From: Pseudomonadota bacterium
GTDB taxonomy: Bacteria > Desulfobacterota > Desulfobacteria > Desulfobacterales > JBDRRP01
Direction of reading: 5' to 3'
Length of the DNA: 37,086 bases
Assembly: GCA_043825735.1 (NCBI GenBank)
Contig: JBDRRP010000120.1
Span: 1-37,086, forward strand
A model generated the notes under the pieces. The model searched no databases. It worked only from the letters and a program-made list of their open reading frames with translations, and was not told the DNA's origin. The translations under genes were made by a program, and so were the position numbers. Of this stretch, positions 27,007 to 34,726 are shown in pieces; the first letter of the stretch is position 1, and every line of letters starts with the position of its first letter.

Positions 27007-29637
27007 ATGAACTATCTTACCGAGCGAAAGTACTCTTTCACGTCGAGCGCCCTGCCGGGCGATGCCTTCGCGGTGGTGTCCTTCACCGGCGAAGAGGGAC
27101 TCTCGAAACCCTACCGGTTCGAGATCGGACTGGTCACGGGCGCCACCGATATCGATCTCGACGCCGTCATGGAGGTCGCCGCCAAATTCGTCATCCACCG
27201 CGAAGAAGGCGGCGATGTCCCCTTCAGCGGCATTCTCACCGCCTTCGAGCAACAGCATTCCGTGGACGGTTTCATCTTCTACCAGGCCACCCTGGTGCCC
27301 CGGCTGTGGTGGCTGTCGCTGACCCGGCACAACCAGGTGTTTCTTGGTAAAACCGTGAAAGAAATGGTGGAAGAAGTACTGAAAGACGGCGGACTCACAT
27401 CGCTCGATTACGAATTCCGCCTCCAGAGCAACTACGAGCCCCAGCAGTACGTCTGCCAGTACGCCGAAAGCCACCTCGACTTCATCGACCGCTGGCTCGC
27501 CCGGGAAGGCATCTACTACTATTTCGAGCAGACCGAACACGGGGAAAAGATCATCTTTACCGATACGGCCATCGCCCACGGCGAAAGCCGGTACGGGTGG
27601 GAGCTCACCTTTTCCCCGCCCAGCGGACTCGGCGCCCAGCATACCGCCGAATCCGTGCAGGGGTTTGTCTGCCGCCAGCACCTGTTGCCCGGCCGGGTCC
27701 TGCTAAAAGACTACAACTACCGAAAACCCGGCCTGGAGATGACCGGCAGCGCCGAGGTGGACCCCAAGGGGCGCGGCGAGCGGTTCGTCTACGGCGAGCA
27801 TTTCAAGACGCCCGAGGAGGGAAACCGCCTGGCCAAAATCCGCGCGCAGGAACTATTGTGCCGCAAGCGGGAATTCATCGGCGAGAGCACCGTTCCCTAT
27901 GTCACGCCCGGGTTCACCTTCACGCTGCAAGACCACTACCAGAGCGGCTTCAACCAGAAGTACCTCACTCTGGAGATGACCCACGCGGGCAGCCAGACCG
28001 GTTATCTCATCTCCGGCATCCACAAGGGCCTCTCGGAGCGGGAGCGCACCGTGGCCTACCGCAACCAGTTTACGGCCATCCCGGCCGGCGTGCAGTTCCG
28101 GGCGCCCAAAACCAGCGACACCCCCAAGATCACCGGCACCCTCAACGCCAAGATCGACGCCGAGGGCACCGGCCAGTACGCCGAGCTCGACGACCAGGGA
28201 CGCTACAAAGTACTGCTCCCCTTTGACGTATCGGGGCGAAAGGACGGCAAGGGATCCGCCTGGCTGCGGATGGCCCAGCCCTATGCGGGCACCGACCACG
28301 GCATGCACTTTCCCCTGCACAAGGGAACCGAAGTACTTTTGACCTTTATCGACGGCAACCCGGACCGGCCCCTCATCCAGTCTGCCGTGCCCAACCCGGA
28401 CACACCCAGCGTGGTGACCAGCAAGAGTCAGACCGCCAGCCGGATCAAAACGGCATCTGGCCACAAAATGGAGTTGGAAGACAAGGCGGGAAAAGAGTCC
28501 GTGGGCCTTTTTTGCTCCCACGGCGACGGCGACGGCAGCTGGCTATGGATGGGAAAGCGAAGCCCGCCGAGCTTTGAGTTGGTGTCCAAGGGGAACAAGC
28601 ACGAGGTGGTCAGCGGCCAGGAGGATTCGGTGATTCTGGGTTCGGCAAACCACGTGGTCATCGGCTCGTACATGGGCATGAAAATCGGCACCGTATCGGA
28701 GTTCACCCTGGCCCAGAAATTTGTCGCCGAGCTGGCAGGAACCCTGGAAGTAAAGGGAGGGCACCACCTGGAATTCGGGAAAACCACAGAAAGAATCAAG
28801 GATTCGGACGAGCTGCTTGGGACGGAATCGGTAACTTTGGAGGCTGGACTGAGTGCCGCTGACCGGGTAGCCTTGGGCGGAATTTATCAAAAGACCGCTC
28901 TTGGAGTTGCGGCATTTGGAGCGCTGCTGGCCGCCGCCGGCGGGGATCTCGCTGCGATCAAGTATGATAAAGAGTTGCACAGTGCAAAGGAGGGTTCCGC
29001 TCAACCGATGGGATTGAGTTTAGCCGCAATCGTTCCCGGGATTGCTCTCCAGACGGCCGCCTTGTACTATCTTGTAAAACAGGTCAAAACCAAACTTGTA
29101 CGCCCGTATTCAACGCTTCATCTCAATGCTAATGGGATTAAAATCCACAATTCATTTGTTGATCCGTTTGACATGTTAGGAGCACCAAGCGGAATACGAA
29201 TAGGCGTCCGAGGCACTGTCGATGCGCCGGAAACGATGATTCACATTTTACCCGGCCCGGATGGGGATGGGGACACTATCAAAATCAAGAGGGGTACTAC
29301 CGGTGGTATGATCACGGTAAGCGGTACTGGCGTAAAAATAGAAAAGCAGGGGGGCGGCAAGATCGAGGTTGAAACCGGCGCCAACCCCGATAATGGGAAA
29401 ATCGTACTGACCAAGGGCGCCGGCAAAGTGGTCGTTAGCGATGGCGCAGTGGAGGTGACAACAGGTGTAGAAGGCACCGGCAAACTGAATGTGGCGCAAG
29501 AGCAAGTCCTTATGAAGCGCGGAGATAACTGGATCGAAATCGTTCCACAAGGCGTTTCACTTGGGGCGGGGGACGCCGAGTTCTGTCTTATAGGTGGACG
29601 TGTGTATGCTACCGGCAAGATTATCCAACTAGGATAG
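27007..29637 (+). CDS. vgrG: T6SS spike protein VgrG (TssI) #1 with extended C-terminal domain
   Basis: F.G.EGLS.PYRF.I, QY.ES.L.FI.R.L.REGIYYYF, DYNY.KP, LD.QGRYKV, RMAQPYAG...GMHFPL.KGTEV...F..GNPDRP. ATG 27007 follows AGAGG; the upstream ORF extension is repeat-derived. Confidence 0.95.
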   Translation: MNYLTERKYSFTSSALPGDAFAVVSFTGEEGLSKPYRFEIGLVTGATDIDLDAVMEVAAKFVIHREEGGDVPFSGILTAFEQQHSVDGFIFYQATLVPRLWWLSLTRHNQVFLGKTVKEMVEEVLKDGGLTSLDYEFRLQSNYEPQQYVCQYAESHLDFIDRWLAREGIYYYFEQTEHGEKIIFTDTAIAHGESRYGWELTFSPPSGLGAQHTAESVQGFVCRQHLLPGRVLLKDYNYRKPGLEMTGSAEVDPKGRGERFVYGEHFKTPEEGNRLAKIRAQELLCRKREFIGESTVPYVTPGFTFTLQDHYQSGFNQKYLTLEMTHAGSQTGYLISGIHKGLSERERTVAYRNQFTAIPAGVQFRAPKTSDTPKITGTLNAKIDAEGTGQYAELDDQGRYKVLLPFDVSGRKDGKGSAWLRMAQPYAGTDHGMHFPLHKGTEVLLTFIDGNPDRPLIQSAVPNPDTPSVVTSKSQTASRIKTASGHKMELEDKAGKESVGLFCSHGDGDGSWLWMGKRSPPSFELVSKGNKHEVVSGQEDSVILGSANHVVIGSYMGMKIGTVSEFTLAQKFVAELAGTLEVKGGHHLEFGKTTERIKDSDELLGTESVTLEAGLSAADRVALGGIYQKTALGVAAFGALLAAAGGDLAAIKYDKELHSAKEGSAQPMGLSLAAIVPGIALQTAALYYLVKQVKTKLVRPYSTLHLNANGIKIHNSFVDPFDMLGAPSGIRIGVRGTVDAPETMIHILPGPDGDGDTIKIKRGTTGGMITVSGTGVKIEKQGGGKIEVETGANPDNGKIVLTKGAGKVVVSDGAVEVTTGVEGTGKLNVAQEQVLMKRGDNWIEIVPQGVSLGAGDAEFCLIGGRVYATGKIIQLG

Positions 29638-29681
29638 GTGACGCTCTTGGCTCAAGAGGGAATAGTATCTATGGTGCCTCT

Positions 29682-32252
29682 ATGAAAATCATCAAACCTG
29701 ACAACCTATCCATACTCTTTAGATCATTTACAACAGATGGGGGCAATGGGCTTTCACTGTCGGCATCCGCGTTGTTTTCACTGCATTTGGCGGACAGAAA
29801 TAGGCTCATCTCAGAGCAGTACATGTGGCCCGCCATAGAGGCGGCCCTTGGGACGGAGGAAGTGTTCGACTTCGGCATGCCCAAGACGCGAGGGGAGTTT
29901 CTGGTCTATGGATCGGCCTGCTCGCCAGCGCCCGTACAGGCGCTTGAGGTGATGGTCCGCGTTGGCGCTACGGAAAAACGCCTGAACGTGTTCGGCGAGC
30001 GCGTCTGGGGGGCCGGCGGCATGCCGGGCGAACCGGCGCCATTCGAGTCGATGCGCATCTGCCATGCCAACACCTTCGGCGGCGAAAACTACCCGCTCAA
30101 TCCGCTCGGAAAGGGCACTTTGCCGGATGCGTCCGGCACGTATCCGGTGCCCAATGTCCAGGAACCAGGCCGCCCCGTGCTGTCCCCCGCGGATAGCGCC
30201 GCACCGGCCGGTCTCACCGCGCTGCCCATGACCTGGCCCCAGCGCATGAAGCACCTGGGCACTGTCGATGACCAGTACCTTCTGGAGCGCTGGCCCGGTT
30301 TCCCCAGGGGCACCGACCCCGAATACTTCAACGCGGCGCCTGAAAACCAGCGCATCGACGGGTTCTTTCGCGGGGACGAAGCCGTCGAGATCCACCACAT
30401 GCACCCGGCGGAAGCCGTCATCCGCACGCAGCTTCCGGGACTGCGCGCGCGCCTTTTCGTTCACCAGACGCGGGGCGATGAGACCGTGTTCGCCGAAGTC
30501 CCCTGCCGCGCCGAAACGCTCTGGCTCTTTCCCGACCAGAAGCGGGGCATTCTCCTTTACCGGGGCGCGGTGGCGGTGGCCGACGAGACCCTGGACGACG
30601 TGGCCCATCTGTTTGCCCGGTGGGAACCTTTGTCCGAAGCGCCTAAACCCGTGGAGCACTACCACCGGCTTTTTCTGGAATCGCTCGCTCCCCCGTTGGA
30701 AGCCGCGCCGGCCGAAGTGCCGGACGCGCCCCCGGCGGCCGAAACCGAAGTGCCGGAGGCTTTGGCTGTCGATGCGGGCGCGGCAGCGCTCAGCCCGGAG
30801 CTTGAAAATCTGTTAAAAGAGGCCGATGCCCTGGAGGCCCAGGCCGTGGACATGCTCAAAAAGGCGGGACTCGACCCGGACGCGGTGCTCAAAAAAGTTC
30901 TTGCGCCGGAGCCCACTCCGGAACCGACCGACCTGAAGGATCTGGCGCAGTTGACTGCGGACCTCGAGGCCCAGACAAAGGCGCTTCTCGCCAAATTCAA
31001 CGTGGACGAAGCGGCGGTGCTCAAGCTCCTGGAGCCCCAACCGGAGACGCCGCCCCCGCCCATTGACGAGATCATCGCACAGATGCAGGCCGCCGGGATG
31101 CGCAACCCGGAGATCGAAGACCAACTTCGCGAAGTCGACAAACTGACCAAAACGGCGGCGGCGAGTCTGGAATCCCTGGAGAGCGTAGCGGAAGAAACGG
31201 CGGCCGGGGTAGCCGCACCACAAGCCCCGGAGCCCCCGCCGGAAGCGCCCCCGGCCCAGTCGCCCTTGACGGTGGACGAGGTGCTGGCCATGCACGGCAG
31301 CGGCAAAAGCCTCGCCCGCCGGGACCTGACCGGGCTTGATTTCACCGGACAAAACCTTTCCGGGGCGGATTTCACAGAGACCGTTCTGGAAAATTGTATT
31401 TTCAAGCGTGCGAACCTTTCAACGACCCTCTTCACCGGCGCCATCCTGACCGGGGCGAACCTGGGCAAGGCTGATCTTAAAAAAGCCCACCTGAAAAGCG
31501 TGAGCGCCGGCCGGGCGCGGCTGGCAGGCGCCGATCTCACCGGGGCCGATCTCACCGGAGGCGATTTCACGGGAGCCGATTTCACTGGCGCAGCGCTCGC
31601 TCAAGCCATGCTCACGGGCGCGATTTTCGAAGGCGCAAAAATGGCCGGCACCCTGGCGTTCGGGATTCACGCAGCCAAGGCGGGCTTCATAGGCGCCGAT
31701 CTCACCGGCGCCGATCTGAGCGGCGCCAACCTGGCGGAGGCCGATTTTTCCGGGGTGACGCTCTCGGGCGCCAATCTCACCGGCGCAGCGGCCGAAGGCC
31801 TTCGTCTTTTCGGCGCAAAATGCGACAAGACGGTTTTCCGCGCCGCCGTGCTGGGCGCATCGCGGGCGGACCGGGAGGCCTCCTTTATGGGCGCGGACCT
31901 TCGAAAAGCGGTGCTTCGGCGGGCGAACTGGGAAGGGGCGAACCTTGCCGGGGCCGACCTGACCGGCGCCGTGATGGACAATGCGGACCTGGGCCGGGCC
32001 ACGCTGACCGATGCGATACTGCGACTGGCCCATGCGAAGGAGGCGAACTTCATGAAGGCCGATCTCACCGGCGCCGATCTGACGGGCATCAACCTTTTCA
32101 AGGGTTCGTTTCGCAGGGCGGTGCTTATCAGCACCATCTTGAGATCCGCCAACCTTTACGGCGTGGATTTCTACAAGACCCGGATGGGGGCCACGGTACT
32201 CGATGACGCAAACACCAAACGGACCCTGTTGACCCTCACGGAGTCGCCATGA
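29682..32252 (+). CDS. DUF2169 T6SS adaptor fused to pentapeptide repeats (TagAB-like)
   Basis: MKIIKP..LS, D.GMPK..GEFLV.G, K.L.VFGER.W, FGG..Y..NPLGKG, WPQR....GT.D, YFNAAP..Q, LPG.R.R.F, T.WLFP. C-terminal A(D/N)LTG pentapeptide tract. Confidence 0.9.
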   Translation: MKIIKPDNLSILFRSFTTDGGNGLSLSASALFSLHLADRNRLISEQYMWPAIEAALGTEEVFDFGMPKTRGEFLVYGSACSPAPVQALEVMVRVGATEKRLNVFGERVWGAGGMPGEPAPFESMRICHANTFGGENYPLNPLGKGTLPDASGTYPVPNVQEPGRPVLSPADSAAPAGLTALPMTWPQRMKHLGTVDDQYLLERWPGFPRGTDPEYFNAAPENQRIDGFFRGDEAVEIHHMHPAEAVIRTQLPGLRARLFVHQTRGDETVFAEVPCRAETLWLFPDQKRGILLYRGAVAVADETLDDVAHLFARWEPLSEAPKPVEHYHRLFLESLAPPLEAAPAEVPDAPPAAETEVPEALAVDAGAAALSPELENLLKEADALEAQAVDMLKKAGLDPDAVLKKVLAPEPTPEPTDLKDLAQLTADLEAQTKALLAKFNVDEAAVLKLLEPQPETPPPPIDEIIAQMQAAGMRNPEIEDQLREVDKLTKTAAASLESLESVAEETAAGVAAPQAPEPPPEAPPAQSPLTVDEVLAMHGSGKSLARRDLTGLDFTGQNLSGADFTETVLENCIFKRANLSTTLFTGAILTGANLGKADLKKAHLKSVSAGRARLAGADLTGADLTGGDFTGADFTGAALAQAMLTGAIFEGAKMAGTLAFGIHAAKAGFIGADLTGADLSGANLAEADFSGVTLSGANLTGAAAEGLRLFGAKCDKTVFRAAVLGASRADREASFMGADLRKAVLRRANWEGANLAGADLTGAVMDNADLGRATLTDAILRLAHAKEANFMKADLTGADLTGINLFKGSFRRAVLISTILRSANLYGVDFYKTRMGATVLDDANTKRTLLTLTESP

Positions 32253-33274
32253 CCGCCGGGGAAGTACTCCAGACAATTCAGGAAACGGGACGACTGGCGG
32301 ATGCGGACCTTCAGGGTATCCACCTACCCGGCGCCGCGCTTTCAGGCGCAGCCCTGGTGCGCGTCAATCTGCGGGGGGCCGTGCTCACCAAGGCCGATCT
32401 ATCCGGGGCGTCCCTTGACGCGGTGGATCTATCCGGCGCGGACCTGAGCGGCGCCGATCTCTCCGGTTGCGAGATTTACCGGTCCACCCTTTCAGGCACC
32501 GATTTGTCGGCGGCGGACCTTGGCCGGGCGCATCTTGGCGCGTGCGATCTGTCGGGCGCCCGGTTTGCCCGGGCAACGCTCATTATGGCCACGTTTCACG
32601 AATGCACCCTGACAAGCGCCGACTTTACCGGGGCCGACCTCACCCGGGTCAGCGCAGACCACACCGCGCTGAAAAGCGCCGTGTTCAGCGGAACCAACCT
32701 CACCAAGGCCTACCTTGTGGCCTCCGATCTGGAAAGTCAGAAGTTTCCGGGGTGCCGGCTTCTCATGACCCTGCTTGACCACTGCCACCTGAAACAGGCT
32801 GATTTCACCGGCACGGATCTCACCCAGGCGAGCTTTGCCGGGGCGGACATCGCCGGGGCCGATTTCACGAAAGCCGCCGGCCAGTACGTCAACTTCGCCG
32901 GCGCCCACGGCGGCGCCGCCCGCTTTGCCGGCGCCGCCTTTTTCATGGCAACGTTCGAAGGGGCGCGTCTGGATCACGCCGTTTTCCGCGGGGCCGCGCT
33001 GGAGCAGTCGCTCTTTGTCCGGGCCACCCTGAACGGCGCCGATTTCCGCATGGCGCAGCTTCCCTATACGGATTTCAGCCATGCCGCGATACGGGGCGCG
33101 GATTTTTCCGACGCCCTGTTGACCGGCGTCAATATCCACGGCGTGGACATGAGCGAAGCAAAATGGGAGGGCGCCGACCGCAGCCGGCTGCTCAAGACCG
33201 ATCCGGATCTGCTGGCGGCCGAGCGCTGGCGCGCGCCCGAATCCATCCAGGAAGAAATAAAGGTGAACCGATGA
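32249..33274 (+). CDS. Pentapeptide-repeat protein (TagB-like)
   Basis: Nearly the whole 341 aa consists of A(D/N)L/FxG repeats; C-terminus TDP.L..AE.W. ATGA overlaps on both sides. Confidence 0.9.
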   Translation: MTAGEVLQTIQETGRLADADLQGIHLPGAALSGAALVRVNLRGAVLTKADLSGASLDAVDLSGADLSGADLSGCEIYRSTLSGTDLSAADLGRAHLGACDLSGARFARATLIMATFHECTLTSADFTGADLTRVSADHTALKSAVFSGTNLTKAYLVASDLESQKFPGCRLLMTLLDHCHLKQADFTGTDLTQASFAGADIAGADFTKAAGQYVNFAGAHGGAARFAGAAFFMATFEGARLDHAVFRGAALEQSLFVRATLNGADFRMAQLPYTDFSHAAIRGADFSDALLTGVNIHGVDMSEAKWEGADRSRLLKTDPDLLAAERWRAPESIQEEIKVNR

Positions 33275-33900
33275 ACAAGGCAATTATCCTGAATGGGGCC
33301 GTGGAAACAGCGCCCCTGCGTCTTTCCACAGGCCGGGTGCTCACCCGGGACGGAGAGCGCTATCACGCCGTCACCGAAGCGGGCAAAGTGCTGCAGGCCG
33401 TCAAGGCCGACGGGTGCCTGCTGGCGCCGGAACCCGGCGATGTGGTGCTGCTCACCGAGGGGGGGCGCGAAGCCGCTTATATTCTCAGCGTTCTGGTAAA
33501 GAAAAGTACCGGCAGTCGGCTGATCCTGAAGGGCACGGCCGAGATTGAAGCGGACAGCATTTTACTGAAAGGGCGGCAGCGCGCCACCATGGAAGCCCCG
33601 GAGGTCATCCTGACCGGGGTGCGGGGCGAAGCGCGCTTTCACGCCTTTCATTTTCTGACAGGACACTGCAGGGCGGAAATAAAAAAGATGTCCGCCGCAG
33701 TGCTGCACCTGGACGCGGTGATGGACCGCGTCACCCAGCGCATCCGCAGCAGTTTTAAGTGGATCGAAGATCTGGAGCAGACGCGCGCCGGAAGGATCCG
33801 CGCCATCGTGAAGGAGCGCTTCTCGGTAAAAGCGAAACACACCGCCGTGACGGCCGATGAGGACGTGACCATCGACGGCAAAAAAATCAACCTTGGATAA
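33271..33900 (+). CDS. DUF3540 protein (TagC-like)
   Basis: A..A.GCLL.PEPGD.VLL, YILSVL, C-terminal EQTRAG...V.IDG..INLG. ATG 33271 overlaps the previous stop. Confidence 0.88.
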   Translation: MNKAIILNGAVETAPLRLSTGRVLTRDGERYHAVTEAGKVLQAVKADGCLLAPEPGDVVLLTEGGREAAYILSVLVKKSTGSRLILKGTAEIEADSILLKGRQRATMEAPEVILTGVRGEARFHAFHFLTGHCRAEIKKMSAAVLHLDAVMDRVTQRIRSSFKWIEDLEQTRAGRIRAIVKERFSVKAKHTAVTADEDVTIDGKKINLG

Positions 33901-33903
33901 GGC

Positions 33904-33927
33904 GTGTCCATCCAGAAATGGATGGAC
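33904..33927. repeat. Mini-palindrome made of MITE-type terminal repeats (GTGTCCATCCAGAAATGGATGGAC)
   Basis: 33904-33921 is the exact reverse complement of 34464-34481. The GTCCATCCA/TGGATGGAC halves also pair with each other. Confidence 0.85.
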
Positions 33928-33943
33928 GCCAAGGAGCGTCGCC

Positions 33944-34339
33944 GTGTTTGCCACAACCAAAGAAAAAGGCCAGCTCTTTGCCATGCCCGACGTGTGCCAG
34001 ACCCCCTCTCCGGGCGGCCCTGTGCCCGTTCCCTACCCCAACACTGCAATGCCCCAGATGGGAAACCCGGCCACCACGAAGGTGATGATCAACGGGATGC
34101 CGGCGCTGACCAAGGCCTCCAAGATCCAGCCCACCAACGGGGATCAGGGCGGTTCGGCCGGCGGCGGGGTGGTGTCCGGCAAGATGATGGGCCCGGCCGA
34201 GTTCATCCAGGGCAGCACCAAGGTGTCGCTGGAAGGAAACCCGGCCGTCTTCATGGGAAACCCTACCAAACACAATGACGGCAACGCCGTGGGCTCGAAC
34301 CTGGCGCCGAGTCAGAACAAGGTCATGATCATGAGCTAG
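33944..34339 (+). CDS. DUF4150 PAAR-like spike tip protein (TagD-like)
   Basis: GTG start after AAGGAG; MFA...FAMPDVC.TP....PVPVPYPN, KV.ING, NGD..G..GGVVSG..MGP..F..GS.KV..EG.P, APSQ.KV. Confidence 0.92.
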   Translation: MFATTKEKGQLFAMPDVCQTPSPGGPVPVPYPNTAMPQMGNPATTKVMINGMPALTKASKIQPTNGDQGGSAGGGVVSGKMMGPAEFIQGSTKVSLEGNPAVFMGNPTKHNDGNAVGSNLAPSQNKVMIMS

Positions 34340-34481
34340 TGTCCATCCATAAACGGCATCTTTTGGCCCAGAGCGGCGTTTTCGCACTTTTCGAAATCCT
34401 CGAAATAGCACGCTATTCCTCCGGTTTCGAAAATGCTCAAGCCTTGCTCTGAACCAAAATCTACCATTTCTGGATGGACAC
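34339..34481. mobile_element. 143-bp MITE-like, self-complementary element abutting the PAAR stop codon
   Basis: TIRs GTGTCCATCCA (34339-34349) and TGGATGGACAC (34471-34481). Nested internal arms TTTTGG..CAGAGC/GCTCTG..CCAAAA, TTTTCGAAA/TTTCGAAAA and AATAGC/GCTATT. Confidence 0.78.
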
Positions 34482-34726
34482 GAACAAACGCGCCTTCGCT
34501 TTTTCTCTTTGTGGACGGTGGCGATAACGGTGCTTAAACTGAAAGCTGTCGATCAGCAGCGCCCGCATTGAATATCCGGTTCCCACCCACCGCCGCATCG
34601 CTGCGATGGGATTCACTTCGTATTTTTGTGGCTGTCGTGGTACTGTCGGCCGTTGAAGGTCGCAATGACGGCCAGCACCCCCATGTCGATCTGCGGCATG
34701 CCGCATTATGAATGAAGGTTGGTGCC

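Noticed and set aside
31300..33274. Qnr/MfpA-type quinolone resistance from the pentapeptide repeats
   Set aside because: The context and DUF2169 fusion indicate T6SS accessory proteins.
34482..34726. Small immunity gene between PAAR and vgrG2
   Set aside because: No plausible plus-strand ORF with an RBS; the minus-strand ORFs lack coding features.
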